From NCBI GenBank assembly GCA_903864485.1, contig CAIPGD010000079.1, positions 1 to 63,635 on the forward strand: a stretch of 63,635 nt of DNA. The letters are read 5' to 3'. Source of the stretch: an uncultured bacterium. GTDB lineage: Bacteria; Pseudomonadota; Gammaproteobacteria; Burkholderiales; Burkholderiaceae_E. The notes below the pieces were generated by a model. It was not told where the DNA came from. It searched no databases and saw nothing but the letters and a program-made list of their open reading frames with translations. This document shows positions 11,574 through 21,048 of this stretch, in pieces. A program made the translations under genes and the position numbers. Position 1 is the first letter of the stretch, and every line of letters starts with the position of its first letter.

Positions 11574-11589
11574 GGTCTGAGGTGAGTCC

Positions 11590-12765
11590 GTGACCGTCAC
11601 CAGTTTTTATCAAGAGCAACTTCGGGCCCACCAATACCAGGGGGACGCGGCCCAAGAATCGGCGATTGTTCGATTACAGCAGTTCGAACACGAGTTGCTT
11701 GCCTTCAAAAATGCCCGTTCTAATCGGCTCCTGCGCTTCATCCACGCCCCTAAGGTGCCACGTGGTGTCTGGATGTGGGGGGGGGTAGGGCGCGGCAAGA
11801 GCTTTTTGATGGACTGTTTTTACGGGGCGGTTCCGATTCGGCGCAAGACTCGGGTCCATTTCCACGAATTCATGCGTTCGGTGCATAAAGAACTGGATTC
11901 GCTAAAAGGCAGCGCAGACCCGCTTGAGGCGGTGGGTGCTTCAATCGCCAAGCGCTATCGGCTGATTTGTTTCGATGAATTTCACGTGTCCGATATTGCG
12001 GATGCCATGATTCTTGAACGCCTGTTACGTGCCTTGTTTCGACATGGAGTCACATTTGTCATGACTTCCAATTACGAACCAGAGGCTTTGTATCCGGACG
12101 GACTCCATCGAGACCGAATCTTGCCTGCGATCGAGTTACTGCAGGCCCATTTGGACGTCATTGGCGTCGATGCCGGGACGGATTATCGCCGCCGCACACT
12201 CGAGAAACTTGATGTGTATCAGGTCGTGCTAGACCCGATCGATTCAAGTCGCCGGATGACCCTCCTGTTTGATCAATTGCTGAAAGACGGGGCGAACGGG
12301 GTGAACGGGGCGGCGATTCCTGCGGCCCCCCAAGTCGACGAGTCGACTTCGCTTGTGGTCGGCCATCGTCATTTGGCGGCGCGGCGACGCATCGGCGGGA
12401 TCGTGTGGTTTGACTTTAGCGAACTTTGCGGGTCGCCGCGTTCGCAGAATGACTACCTCGAACTCGCCGATCGCTTTCATACGCTCTTGCTGTCGGAGGT
12501 TCCCGAAATGGGTCCTGCGCAGCATTCAGAGGCTCGCCGTTTTACCTGGTTGGTGGATGTTTTATATGACTTGCGGGTGAAGTTGATGATTTCGGCGGCC
12601 GTGGCGCCTGAAAGCCTGTACTCAAAGGGACGCATGGCCAATGAGTTTGCCCGTACGCTCAGCCGTCTGATCGAAATGCAGAGCCGCGAGTATGTCGATG
12701 CACCTCGTCGCGTGAGCGCCGACTGGTCGTCCGACTTGGCGGTTCGTGGCGAAGCAGGTCATTAA
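11590..12765 (+). CDS. zapE: AFG1/ZapE-family ATPase
   Basis: Walker A GGVGRGKSFLMD and Walker B LICFDEFHV. It occupies the usual position downstream of lpdA. GTG start. Confidence 0.88.
   Translation: MTVTSFYQEQLRAHQYQGDAAQESAIVRLQQFEHELLAFKNARSNRLLRFIHAPKVPRGVWMWGGVGRGKSFLMDCFYGAVPIRRKTRVHFHEFMRSVHKELDSLKGSADPLEAVGASIAKRYRLICFDEFHVSDIADAMILERLLRALFRHGVTFVMTSNYEPEALYPDGLHRDRILPAIELLQAHLDVIGVDAGTDYRRRTLEKLDVYQVVLDPIDSSRRMTLLFDQLLKDGANGVNGAAIPAAPQVDESTSLVVGHRHLAARRRIGGIVWFDFSELCGSPRSQNDYLELADRFHTLLLSEVPEMGPAQHSEARRFTWLVDVLYDLRVKLMISAAVAPESLYSKGRMANEFARTLSRLIEMQSREYVDAPRRVSADWSSDLAVRGEAGH
11777..11785 (+). repeat. G9 homopolymer inside the zapE Walker-A codons
   Basis: tgg ggg ggg gta read directly: nine consecutive G, encoding W-G-G-V. 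Confidence 0.95.
12287..12313 (+). repeat. three imperfect 9-nt tandem units in zapE
   Basis: acggggcga / acggggtga / acggggcgg, encoding GANGVNGAA. Confidence 0.8.
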
Positions 12766-12825
12766 TTCCTCATCGATGTCGATGGAGCATTGCGGGGGCC
12801 GTTCGGCTCACACTATGATGTTCGG

Positions 12826-13029
12826 ATGCCGAATCGAGCTGAACCATCTCATTCCCGGATTGCGGAGCTCATGCTCGAACACCGCGATCTGGACCTTGTC
12901 ATCGAATCGCTGACCGAGCAGCCCGTGCGCGACGAGGTCCAGCTGCGCCGTCTCAAGAAACGTAAGCTGCAGATTAAGGACACCATCTCCCTCCTTCAGA
13001 TTCAGTTGACGCCGGATATTCCTGCGTGA
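12826..13029 (+). CDS. small DUF465 (YdcH-like) protein
   Basis: 67 aa. HRDLDLVIESL...LRRLKKRKLQIKDTI matches my recollection of the DUF465 helical family. Internal ATG 12826 chosen. Confidence 0.65.
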   Translation: MPNRAEPSHSRIAELMLEHRDLDLVIESLTEQPVRDEVQLRRLKKRKLQIKDTISLLQIQLTPDIPA

Positions 13030-15032
13030 GTCGCGCAAGCTCTGAGGAACGAGCTGCGCCGGATGCGCTGAGTCATCGCGTCGAAAAGGCGTTTGGAGCA
13101 GATGGTGCACTCGCGGCCGGGTCTGCCTGGAATGATCGGCCCGATCAGCGCGCCATGGCTGGCGAGATCGCACGGGCAATCTCGGAGCCGTCGACCCTGG
13201 TCGCCGAGGCCGGCACGGGTATCGGGAAGACATTCGCCTACCTGGTTCCAGCCCTGCTCGCAGGCGGTAAGGTCATTATTTCGACGGGCACCAAAACCCT
13301 GCAGGACCAGTTGTTTGCCCGTGATTTGCCGCGAGTCATCGCCGCGCTGGGTGTCGACGTTCGGACAGCCTTGCTCAAGGGGCGGGCCAATTATGTGTGT
13401 CGACACCATTTGAAGCGCAACCTGGAGGACGGACGGTTTACCCGGGCAGTTGATATCAGCCGCTTGCGCCAGATCGATCGATTCTCAAGGCTTTCATCGA
13501 CCGGCGATCGGTCAGATTGTTCGCAAGTCAGTGATGACGATCCAGCGTGGGTGCTGGCGACCTCAACTCGCGAAAACTGCCTCGGGCAGGATTGCGCAGA
13601 CTGGAATCAGTGCTTCGTCGTTCAGGCGCGACGAACGGCACAGTCAGCCGACGTCGTGGTCATTAATCATCACTTGTTCAGTGCGGATTTAGCCTTGCGC
13701 GATACCGGGATCGCCGAGCTGTTACCCAGTGCCCAAACACTGATCTTCGACGAGGCCCATCAGTTGCCAGACACCCTCGTGACTTTTTTGGGCGAGGCAA
13801 GTGGTAGCCGTGCGCTGATGGATCTTGGGCGGGACGTCCTGCAGGTCGCACTCGAGGAGGCACCCGATCAGGCTCCATGGCATGAACTGGGTGCGACACT
13901 CGATCAGTTCGTGCGTCAAGCACGGGCGCAATGGCCGATCGCAAGTCCTCGCGCGCCGGCCCACACCTTATTGGCACACTCAGAGTTCGCCGGCACTCTG
14001 CAGTCGGTGACGAGGGCCTTGGAGGCTTTGACGAATGCGCTCGAAGCCGCGGTTGAGCGGGGTCCCGGGCTCGTGCGGATGGCCGAGCGTGCCCGAACAA
14101 TTTGTTCCCGTTGGTCGGGCTGGTTTAGTGAGGGGGCGATCGATGGGGCCAAGGACGCAGAGCCCTCGGTTGCCTGGGCGGAGGTGCACCTCGCGTCCCT
14201 GACGCTGCACAAGACTCCGCTGTCCGTTGCGGAGCCCTTCACCCGGTACCGCGATGGGACTGCACGCGCCTGGATTTTTGTATCGGCAACCCTCGCTGTT
14301 GGCGAGGACTTTAGTCATTTCGCTCAGATACTGGGGCTCTCGGAATCTCGCCAGGTGCGTTTCCCGAGCCCCTTCGACTATGCCTCACAAGGCCTGTTGT
14401 ATGTACCCAGGGGATTGCCGGAGCCCTCAGACCCTGGATTTTCAAGGGCTTGGATCGAGCACTGCTGGCCGTTGATTGAGGTGAATGTCGGGCGTTGTTT
14501 TGTGCTTTGCACGACCTTGAGGGCGGTTCGGCAGGTCGCTGATCGATTGCGCGAATTGCTCGAACCTCCATTAACCTTGCTGGTGCAGGGCGAAGGTAGT
14601 CGAACTGAACTACTCGAGCGGTATCGGGCGGCGCCTGCGCCGATCCTGGTCGGGGCAGCAAGCTTCTGGGAAGGCGTCGACGTGGTGGGCGACGCATTGT
14701 CCCTTTTGCTGATTGACAAGCTGCCCTTTGCTCCACCGGATGATCCAGTGCTTGAAGCGCAATCTGAAGCGCTTCGTCGTCGTGGCGGTGATCCGTTTCG
14801 GTCCATTCAGTTACCAGCCGCCAGTCTTGCGCTCAAGCAAGGCGCTGGGCGACTGATACGAAGCGAGCGCGATCGTGGCGTCCTGGTGATTGGTGATGCA
14901 CGCCTGATCAACAAGGGCTATGGCCGAACCTTGATGGCCAGCCTGCCGCCTTTTTCAGTGACCCGAGAACGTCAGGTGGCCGAAGACTTCCTGATCACCG
15001 CGATCGATACAAAAGCAGCGATGGGATCTTAA
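13026..15032 (+). CDS. dinG: ATP-dependent DNA helicase, DinG/YoaA (XPD-like, Fe-S) family
   Basis: Walker A GTGIGKTFAYL, DEAH box DEAHQL, and four Cys in the Fe-S region (CRHH...C..NC..DC..QC). The GTG start overlaps the upstream stop (GTGA). Confidence 0.85.
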   Translation: MSRASSEERAAPDALSHRVEKAFGADGALAAGSAWNDRPDQRAMAGEIARAISEPSTLVAEAGTGIGKTFAYLVPALLAGGKVIISTGTKTLQDQLFARDLPRVIAALGVDVRTALLKGRANYVCRHHLKRNLEDGRFTRAVDISRLRQIDRFSRLSSTGDRSDCSQVSDDDPAWVLATSTRENCLGQDCADWNQCFVVQARRTAQSADVVVINHHLFSADLALRDTGIAELLPSAQTLIFDEAHQLPDTLVTFLGEASGSRALMDLGRDVLQVALEEAPDQAPWHELGATLDQFVRQARAQWPIASPRAPAHTLLAHSEFAGTLQSVTRALEALTNALEAAVERGPGLVRMAERARTICSRWSGWFSEGAIDGAKDAEPSVAWAEVHLASLTLHKTPLSVAEPFTRYRDGTARAWIFVSATLAVGEDFSHFAQILGLSESRQVRFPSPFDYASQGLLYVPRGLPEPSDPGFSRAWIEHCWPLIEVNVGRCFVLCTTLRAVRQVADRLRELLEPPLTLLVQGEGSRTELLERYRAAPAPILVGAASFWEGVDVVGDALSLLLIDKLPFAPPDDPVLEAQSEALRRRGGDPFRSIQLPAASLALKQGAGRLIRSERDRGVLVIGDARLINKGYGRTLMASLPPFSVTRERQVAEDFLITAIDTKAAMGS

Positions 15033-15046
15033 GGCTCGGTCGGTTC

Positions 15047-15919
15047 CTAAGGCTTGGTTGAGGCCCAAGGCGTCCAGAGGGTCCCTAAGCTCCCCAGTGT
15101 CCATTGGGTCGAAACTTCGTCCTTCATCACGGTTTCGACCTTGCGACTGCCGGGGAAGTTTTGATTCAGGATTCGCTTCGCATCGTCCCGCAGATCGGTG
15201 AGTCCGAGCCGATCGTAGGACAAGGCCATCATTGCGAGTGCATCCTCGACCGACTGTGCCTGAGGGTATTGCCGAACAACGGCCTGGGCCCGATTGGCTG
15301 CCGCCAGGAAAGCACCACGACGCAGATAGTGGCGCGCGATGTGGATATCACCGGCAGCCATCTGGTTGACCAACCACGACAATCTAAGGCGTGCATCCGC
15401 GGCATAGCGGCTATTCGGAAATCGGTCGATCAGCTGTCGCAACGAGTCAAAAGAGTCGCGAAATGCCTGTTGATCGCGCTCAGATAAATCTTGTCCACCC
15501 AAGCTCGTGAAGATTCCCTGATTTTCGTTAAAATTTACCAATCCCTTGAGATACAACGCATAGTCGGTCGCGATGTGGTCGGGATAGAGCCGCAAAAACC
15601 GATCAAGCGCTGCCAGCGCAAGGCTCGGATCGTTATCACGGTAATGAGCGTAAGCGGTGTCAAGCTGAGCCTGCTGAGAATGTCGACTGAACGGATATCG
15701 GGATTCGAGCTTCTCGTAGAGTTTGACCGCTGCAACGTTGTTACCCGAGTCCAATTCGGAGCGGGCCTCGGCATATAATTTTTCGACGGCCCAGTCTGCC
15801 GTCGGATCTTTGCTCGGGTTGAAAGAACCGCAGCCATTCAGGGCGACAACGCAGAAGGCTGCCACCAAGAGCGCGACGCCAGGCAAGCGCAATGAGGGGC
15901 TTCGAGCCGCTTGATTCAT
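15047..15919 (-). CDS. bamD: outer membrane protein assembly factor BamD
   Basis: Signal peptide with lipobox ALNGC, TPR-like repeats, and the conserved bamD / rluD-pgeF neighbourhood. ATG 15919 is preferred over TTG 15937. Confidence 0.88.
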   Translation of the reverse strand: MNQAARSPSLRLPGVALLVAAFCVVALNGCGSFNPSKDPTADWAVEKLYAEARSELDSGNNVAAVKLYEKLESRYPFSRHSQQAQLDTAYAHYRDNDPSLALAALDRFLRLYPDHIATDYALYLKGLVNFNENQGIFTSLGGQDLSERDQQAFRDSFDSLRQLIDRFPNSRYAADARLRLSWLVNQMAAGDIHIARHYLRRGAFLAAANRAQAVVRQYPQAQSVEDALAMMALSYDRLGLTDLRDDAKRILNQNFPGSRKVETVMKDEVSTQWTLGSLGTLWTPWASTKP

Positions 15920-17018
15920 GATGATTGGTCGGTCCAACGAGAGCGGGTCAAGGCCACAGGGCGGCGATGCCGCTGCGGGGTTGCCTGATTATATCCACCC
16001 CCCGGGCGAGGGCGGGGAGACGACCGAGATCCGGCTTTCGGTTGAGCGCCATGAAGGTGGTTTACGACTGGACCGTTTTGTTGCGATCCGTCTGCCCGAC
16101 GTTTCCCGTTCAAGAATTCAGCAATGGATTGCCTTGGGTGCAGTGGAAGTGGAGGGCGCTGGGCGATCGGCTAAACACCGCTTGATTGGTTATGAATCGG
16201 TCACCGTCATCCCTCAGCCACGCGCGGCGGAGTCGGCATTCGCTCCAGACCCCGTGCCCTTGTCAGTCGTGCATTCGGACGAGCACTTGCTCGTGATCGA
16301 TAAGCCGCCGGGCTTGGTGACTCACCCGGCCGCGGGTCATTGGCGCGGCACACTAATGAATGGTGTTTTGCATCATTGGCCGGATCAGGCGGGCTTGCCC
16401 CGCGCCGGGATTGTCCATCGTCTGGACAAAGATACTAGTGGTCTGTTGGTCGTCGCCCGCTCGGAACTGGCGATTGTCCGTCTCGTGGCCCAGTTGGCTG
16501 ATCGGTCGATGTCGCGGCGTTATTTGGCCCTCGTCGATGGCGAAACGCCAGATTCTGGAACGATTGACGCACCAATTGGGAGGGATCCGCAATCGCCGAT
16601 TCGGATGGCGGTCGTTGATGCCCATAAGGGCCGTCATGCCGTGACTCATTTTAAAACCATACAGCGCGGGCGTTTGGGCAACGGAAAGCCAGTTTCGCTG
16701 GTGCTTTGTCAGTTGCAGACTGGTCGTACGCATCAGATTCGAGTGCACCTGCAGCACTTCGGTTTTCCGCTGATTGGTGACGCGGTCTACGGACGAGGCA
16801 TCGGAGGTGGCGCCAGTGGCGGTATTGGTGGCGGCGCTGGGGTCGCTGGGGTCGCTGGGGTCGCTGGATTTGGACGCCAGGCCCTCCACGCCTGGCGACT
16901 CGGTCTAAATCATCCGGCAGATGGGCGCCCGGTGTCATGGGCCTCGCCGATCCCTGCCGATTTGGTTCAATTGCTGGAACAGTGCCAGATCGATGCATGT
17001 TCATTACCCGAGGTTTGA
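15918..17018 (+). CDS. rluD: 23S rRNA pseudouridine synthase RluD
   Basis: S4 domain (RLDRFV...SRSRIQQWI) and catalytic HRLDKDTSGLLVVA. The start is uncertain: ATG 15918 or TTG 15981. Confidence 0.92.
   Translation: MMIGRSNESGSRPQGGDAAAGLPDYIHPPGEGGETTEIRLSVERHEGGLRLDRFVAIRLPDVSRSRIQQWIALGAVEVEGAGRSAKHRLIGYESVTVIPQPRAAESAFAPDPVPLSVVHSDEHLLVIDKPPGLVTHPAAGHWRGTLMNGVLHHWPDQAGLPRAGIVHRLDKDTSGLLVVARSELAIVRLVAQLADRSMSRRYLALVDGETPDSGTIDAPIGRDPQSPIRMAVVDAHKGRHAVTHFKTIQRGRLGNGKPVSLVLCQLQTGRTHQIRVHLQHFGFPLIGDAVYGRGIGGGASGGIGGGAGVAGVAGVAGFGRQALHAWRLGLNHPADGRPVSWASPIPADLVQLLEQCQIDACSLPEV
16836..16867 (+). repeat. 9-nt in-frame tandem repeat, about 3.5 copies, in rluD
   Basis: gctggggtc x3 plus gctgg, encoding (AGV)3. 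It is embedded in a Gly-rich insert GIGGGASGGIGGGAGVAGVAGVAG. Confidence 0.9.
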
Positions 17019-17020
17019 GC

Positions 17021-17860
17021 ATGACGTGCCTTCACCCACCACATTCCCTCGGCCAAGGCGTTTCGGCATTTTTTACGACTCGTGATGACGGCAACCTGGC
17101 TACCCATGTCGGAGACGATCCATTGTTGGTGGCGCAAAACCGCTCACGTTTAAGATCTTTTCTACCGGCGGAACCCATTTGGTTGTCGCAGGTTCATGGA
17201 ACTGCCGTTCATGAGGTGATGCAACACGACGGGGCGGCTGCGCCGATCGTGGCCGATGCCTCCGTGACAACATTGCCCTCAGTCGTACTCGCAATTTTGA
17301 CGGCCGATTGTCTTCCGGTTCTGATCGCCGATCTCGAGGGGCGAATTGTCGGAGCCGCACATGCGGGATGGCGCGGGCTTGCGGATGGCATTCTGGAGGC
17401 GACTGTGCGGACGATGCGTTCGCATGTTGTCGATGCCCGTTTGCGGGCCTGGATCGGTCCCGCCATTCATCAACCTCGTTATGAGGTTGGTGAAGAGGTG
17501 CGGGTCGCAATGCTGAGTGATCGCTGCGATGCTGGTGATGCTGGTGATGCTGGTGATGCTGGTGATGCTGGCGATGCTGGCGATGCTGGCGATGCTGGCG
17601 ATGCTGGCGATGTGATCGATGGCGATTTTCGGCTTGCCTTGGAGCGCCTGTTCATTCCGTCGACCATGCAGGGAAAATGGTTGTTCGACTTGCCGGGTAT
17701 GGCAACACTGCGCCTGCAACGACTTGGAGTAACCGTAATGCCCTGGGCAACTCCCTGTACCGCTTCTAATCCGGAGCAGTTCTGGTCGTATCGTCGAGAT
17801 CGTTCACGAGGTCGGACTGCTGGTTGTATTTGGATTGATCCAGGGTTGAATCCCATTTGA
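17021..17860 (+). CDS. pgeF: PgeF/YfiH (DUF152, laccase-domain) purine nucleoside phosphorylase family protein
   Basis: Conserved position after rluD. Motifs LTADCLPVL and AHAGWRG. ATG 17021 lies 2 nt after the rluD stop. Confidence 0.85.
   Translation: MTCLHPPHSLGQGVSAFFTTRDDGNLATHVGDDPLLVAQNRSRLRSFLPAEPIWLSQVHGTAVHEVMQHDGAAAPIVADASVTTLPSVVLAILTADCLPVLIADLEGRIVGAAHAGWRGLADGILEATVRTMRSHVVDARLRAWIGPAIHQPRYEVGEEVRVAMLSDRCDAGDAGDAGDAGDAGDAGDAGDAGDAGDVIDGDFRLALERLFIPSTMQGKWLFDLPGMATLRLQRLGVTVMPWATPCTASNPEQFWSYRRDRSRGRTAGCIWIDPGLNPI
17528..17608 (+). repeat. 9-nt in-frame tandem repeat, 9 copies by my count, in pgeF
   Basis: GATGCTGGT x4 followed by GATGCTGGC x5, encoding a (DAG)n run. Confidence 0.95.
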
Positions 17861-17901
17861 CGCTTGCTGCCCTAGGCTTTCACAATGCAGTAAATATTTG
17901 A

Positions 17902-19758
17902 ATGACTCACCAGGGGCTAAAAATGGCACGCGCCAAGCGTAAGGAAGATCTCGAGACGGCGGCAGTGCCATCGACTCCGGCAGGGACGGTACCTGCGACG
18001 GATTCGTCATCGCCGCCGGAGTTGGCAGCGCAAGACGCACCATTTGATCCAACCTTTGGGTTCGGAACCATCATGCCGATGGCGATGGCTCAAATGAGTG
18101 AGGCGATGTCCCGGTTTCCAGGTATGGACTGGGTTAGTCGATTGCAGGGCAAACCCCCGGCCGCTCTGCGAATTGATCAGAACCGTCTCATGGGCTTGCA
18201 GGCAGAGTACACCCAACGGACGCAGCAACTATTGAAGATGGCTGCGTCAGGTGATGCGCCCGAATTGAAAGATCGTCGTTTTAGTGATGATTCTTGGCGA
18301 GATCAGAACCAACCCTGGGGCTGGGCTGCGGCGCTCTATCTGGTCAACTCGGAATTTTTGCGCCGCACGGCCGAACTTCTCGAGGGCGATTCAAAAACGG
18401 TCGAGCGGGTGTGCTTCGCGGTCGGACAGTGGTGCGATGCAATGGCACCTTCGAACTTCCTGGCGACCAATCCTGAGGCGCAGCGTCGACTTGTAGAGAG
18501 TAAGGGCGAGAGCCTTCGACACGGTATCGACAATCTGTTGAGCGATCTACAGAAGGGTCGTATTTCGATGACCGACGAGGAGGCGTTCGAAGTTGGACGC
18601 AACGTCGCTACATCACCCGGTGCGGTAGTCTTTCAGAATGAGTTATTCCAGCTGATCCAGTACGGCGCAAGCACCGACAAAGTGGGTAGTCGGCCCCTGC
18701 TGATGGTGCCACCCTGCATCAATAAGTTCTATGTTCTTGACCTGCAGCCCGAGAATTCTCTGGTGGGTTTTGCAGTCTCACGCGGTCACACGGTCTTCAT
18801 GGTCTCGTGGTGTAACCCAGGGCCAGAACTGGCTCATTTGACCTGGGACGACTACGTGGGCCGAGGCGTTATTGAAGCGATCCGGGTCGCCCGTGAAATC
18901 AGTGGATCAGAGCAGATCAATGCGCTCGCATTTTGTGTCGGCGGAACGCTGTTGGCGAGCGCGTTGGCAGTTTTGGAAGGGCGCAATGAGCGACCGGTCG
19001 CTTCGATGACCCTAATGAGCACCTTCCTCGATTTTGGCGATCCAGGCGCGCTCGGGCTCTTCATTGATGAGACGGTCGTGGAGATGCGCGAGCAACAACT
19101 CGGGCAGGGCGGCTTGATGACGGGGCGGGACCTGTCAACGACGTTCTCATTCTTGCGGCCGAACGATCTGGTCTGGAACTACGTCGTCGGTAATTATCTG
19201 AAGGGGGAAGAGCCGCCAGCCTTTGACCTCCTGTACTGGAATGGCGACACCACCAACCTGCCAGGTCCGATGTACGTGTACTACCTGCGCCACATGTACC
19301 TGCGCAACGAACTCTGCAAGCCGGGGGTCCTTGAGTTCCTCGGTCAATCGATTGATCTCGGGTCGTTATCGATGCCCACCTATGTCTTCGCAGCCAAAGA
19401 AGATCATATTGTTCCCTGGAATTCTGCTTACGGCAGCACGCAGGTGCTGGGCGGTTCGATCCGGTTTGTTCTCGGCGCAAGCGGTCATATCGCCGGTGCG
19501 ATTAATCCTGCCTCCAAGAATAAGCGGAGCTATTGGAGCTCTGGCGTCGAAAGCGCGACAGCCGATGAGTTCCCGACCGAGGCAGCGCAGTGGTTGCGCG
19601 AGGCTGATGAACATGCCGGAAGCTGGTGGAATGATTGGGCGGCTTGGGTCGACAATCATCAGGGGCCATTGCGCGCAGCGCGCAAACTCGGCACTGCAGC
19701 CCACCCCGTGATTGAAGCCGCCCCGGGCACATATGTTCGTAAGAAAGCAGCGGCATGA
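17902..19758 (+). CDS. phaC: class I poly(3-hydroxyalkanoate) synthase
   Basis: ~618 aa with lipase-box-like AFCVGGT containing the catalytic Cys. Followed by phaA, phaB and phaR. Confidence 0.93.
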   Translation: MTHQGLKMARAKRKEDLETAAVPSTPAGTVPATDSSSPPELAAQDAPFDPTFGFGTIMPMAMAQMSEAMSRFPGMDWVSRLQGKPPAALRIDQNRLMGLQAEYTQRTQQLLKMAASGDAPELKDRRFSDDSWRDQNQPWGWAAALYLVNSEFLRRTAELLEGDSKTVERVCFAVGQWCDAMAPSNFLATNPEAQRRLVESKGESLRHGIDNLLSDLQKGRISMTDEEAFEVGRNVATSPGAVVFQNELFQLIQYGASTDKVGSRPLLMVPPCINKFYVLDLQPENSLVGFAVSRGHTVFMVSWCNPGPELAHLTWDDYVGRGVIEAIRVAREISGSEQINALAFCVGGTLLASALAVLEGRNERPVASMTLMSTFLDFGDPGALGLFIDETVVEMREQQLGQGGLMTGRDLSTTFSFLRPNDLVWNYVVGNYLKGEEPPAFDLLYWNGDTTNLPGPMYVYYLRHMYLRNELCKPGVLEFLGQSIDLGSLSMPTYVFAAKEDHIVPWNSAYGSTQVLGGSIRFVLGASGHIAGAINPASKNKRSYWSSGVESATADEFPTEAAQWLREADEHAGSWWNDWAAWVDNHQGPLRAARKLGTAAHPVIEAAPGTYVRKKAAA

Positions 19759-19801
19759 TGCCGATCAAAACCCAATTTCATTCAACTGGAGACTTCAGCA
19801 A

Positions 19802-20989
19802 ATGACCATGCATCAAGCCGTAATCGTTTCGGCAGTTAGAACGGCGATTGGTAAATTCGGCGGCTCGCTTGCTTCCATGTCTGCCCCCGAACTCGGCGCT
19901 ATCGTGATCAGGGCCGCACTTGAGCGGGCAAACATCGAGGCCTCGCAGGTCGATGAGGTTATTTTTGGCCAGGTGTTGACTGCTGGGAGCGGGCAAAACC
20001 CCGCGCGCCAGGCCGCCATTAAAGCCGGTCTCCCGCATGGCGTTCCTGCGATGACGATCAACAAGGTTTGCGGTAGCGGGTTAAAGACGGTCATGTTGGC
20101 CGCTCAAGCCGTGATGACGGGCGCAGCCGGGATTGTCGTTGCGGGTGGTCAGGAGAACATGAGTGCCAGCCCGCATGTGCTTCTTGGGTCTCGCGATGGT
20201 CATCGGATGGGCGACGCCAAATTGGTCGACACCATGATCAGCGATGGATTGTGGGATGCGTTTAATCAGTACCACATGGGCATCACCGCTGAGAATGTTG
20301 CTCAGGCTCACGGAATTGATCGCGAGCGTCAGGACGCTTTTGCTGCGAATTCGCAGCAGAAGGCTGAAGCTGCTCAGCTCGCCGGTAAGTTCGTTGACGA
20401 GATTGTTCCGGTTCCCGTGCCTCAGCGTAAGGGACCGCCTGTTGAATTCAAGGCGGATGAGTTCATCAAGGCTGGCACCACGGCCGAGTCGATCAGCGGT
20501 CTAAAACCCGCTTTCAAAAAAGATGGGACAGTCACCGCAGCCAATGCGTCTGGAATTAATGACGGCGCAGCGGCGTTGGTGGTGATGTCGGCCGAACGCG
20601 CACGCGCTTTGGGTCTACGTCCACTGGCGAGTATTCAGGCTTTTGCGTCTGCTGGTGTCGATCCGGCCATGATGGGGATTGGGCCGGTTCCTGCGAGCCG
20701 GCGGTGTCTGGAGCGGGCAGGGTGGTCGGCGCAGGATCTCGATCTGTTGGAAATCAATGAGGCCTTCGCAGCTCAGGCCTGTGCCGTCAATGCAGAAATG
20801 GGATGGGATGTCTCTCGAGTGAATGTTAATGGCGGCGCGATTGCGCTTGGCCACCCCATTGGTGCTTCGGGGGCGCGTATTCTGGTGACGCTGTTGCATG
20901 AAATGCAGCGCCGCGATGCCCACCGTGGACTGGCTTCGCTGTGTATTGGCGGGGGCATGGGTGTCGCTCTCGCTGTTAATCGATCGTAA
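19802..20989 (+). CDS. phaA: acetyl-CoA acetyltransferase (beta-ketothiolase)
   Basis: Thiolase motifs NKVCGSGLK and [19 protein letters not shown]...CIGGGMG. ATG 19802 is preceded by GGAGA. Confidence 0.93.
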   Translation: MTMHQAVIVSAVRTAIGKFGGSLASMSAPELGAIVIRAALERANIEASQVDEVIFGQVLTAGSGQNPARQAAIKAGLPHGVPAMTINKVCGSGLKTVMLAAQAVMTGAAGIVVAGGQENMSASPHVLLGSRDGHRMGDAKLVDTMISDGLWDAFNQYHMGITAENVAQAHGIDRERQDAFAANSQQKAEAAQLAGKFVDEIVPVPVPQRKGPPVEFKADEFIKAGTTAESISGLKPAFKKDGTVTAANASGINDGAAALVVMSAERARALGLRPLASIQAFASAGVDPAMMGIGPVPASRRCLERAGWSAQDLDLLEINEAFAAQACAVNAEMGWDVSRVNVNGGAIALGHPIGASGARILVTLLHEMQRRDAHRGLASLCIGGGMGVALAVNRS

Positions 20990-21048
20990 TCGTCCGAGAA
21001 TATTTATCAACAGAAGCCCTTTTGGGCTCGACAATCAGGAGACAGACT

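Noticed and set aside
17528-17608. Possible CRISPR-like or regulatory repeat array
   Set aside because: The units are 9 nt with no spacers. They are perfectly in frame inside a conserved ORF, and no cas genes are nearby. It is a coding minisatellite.
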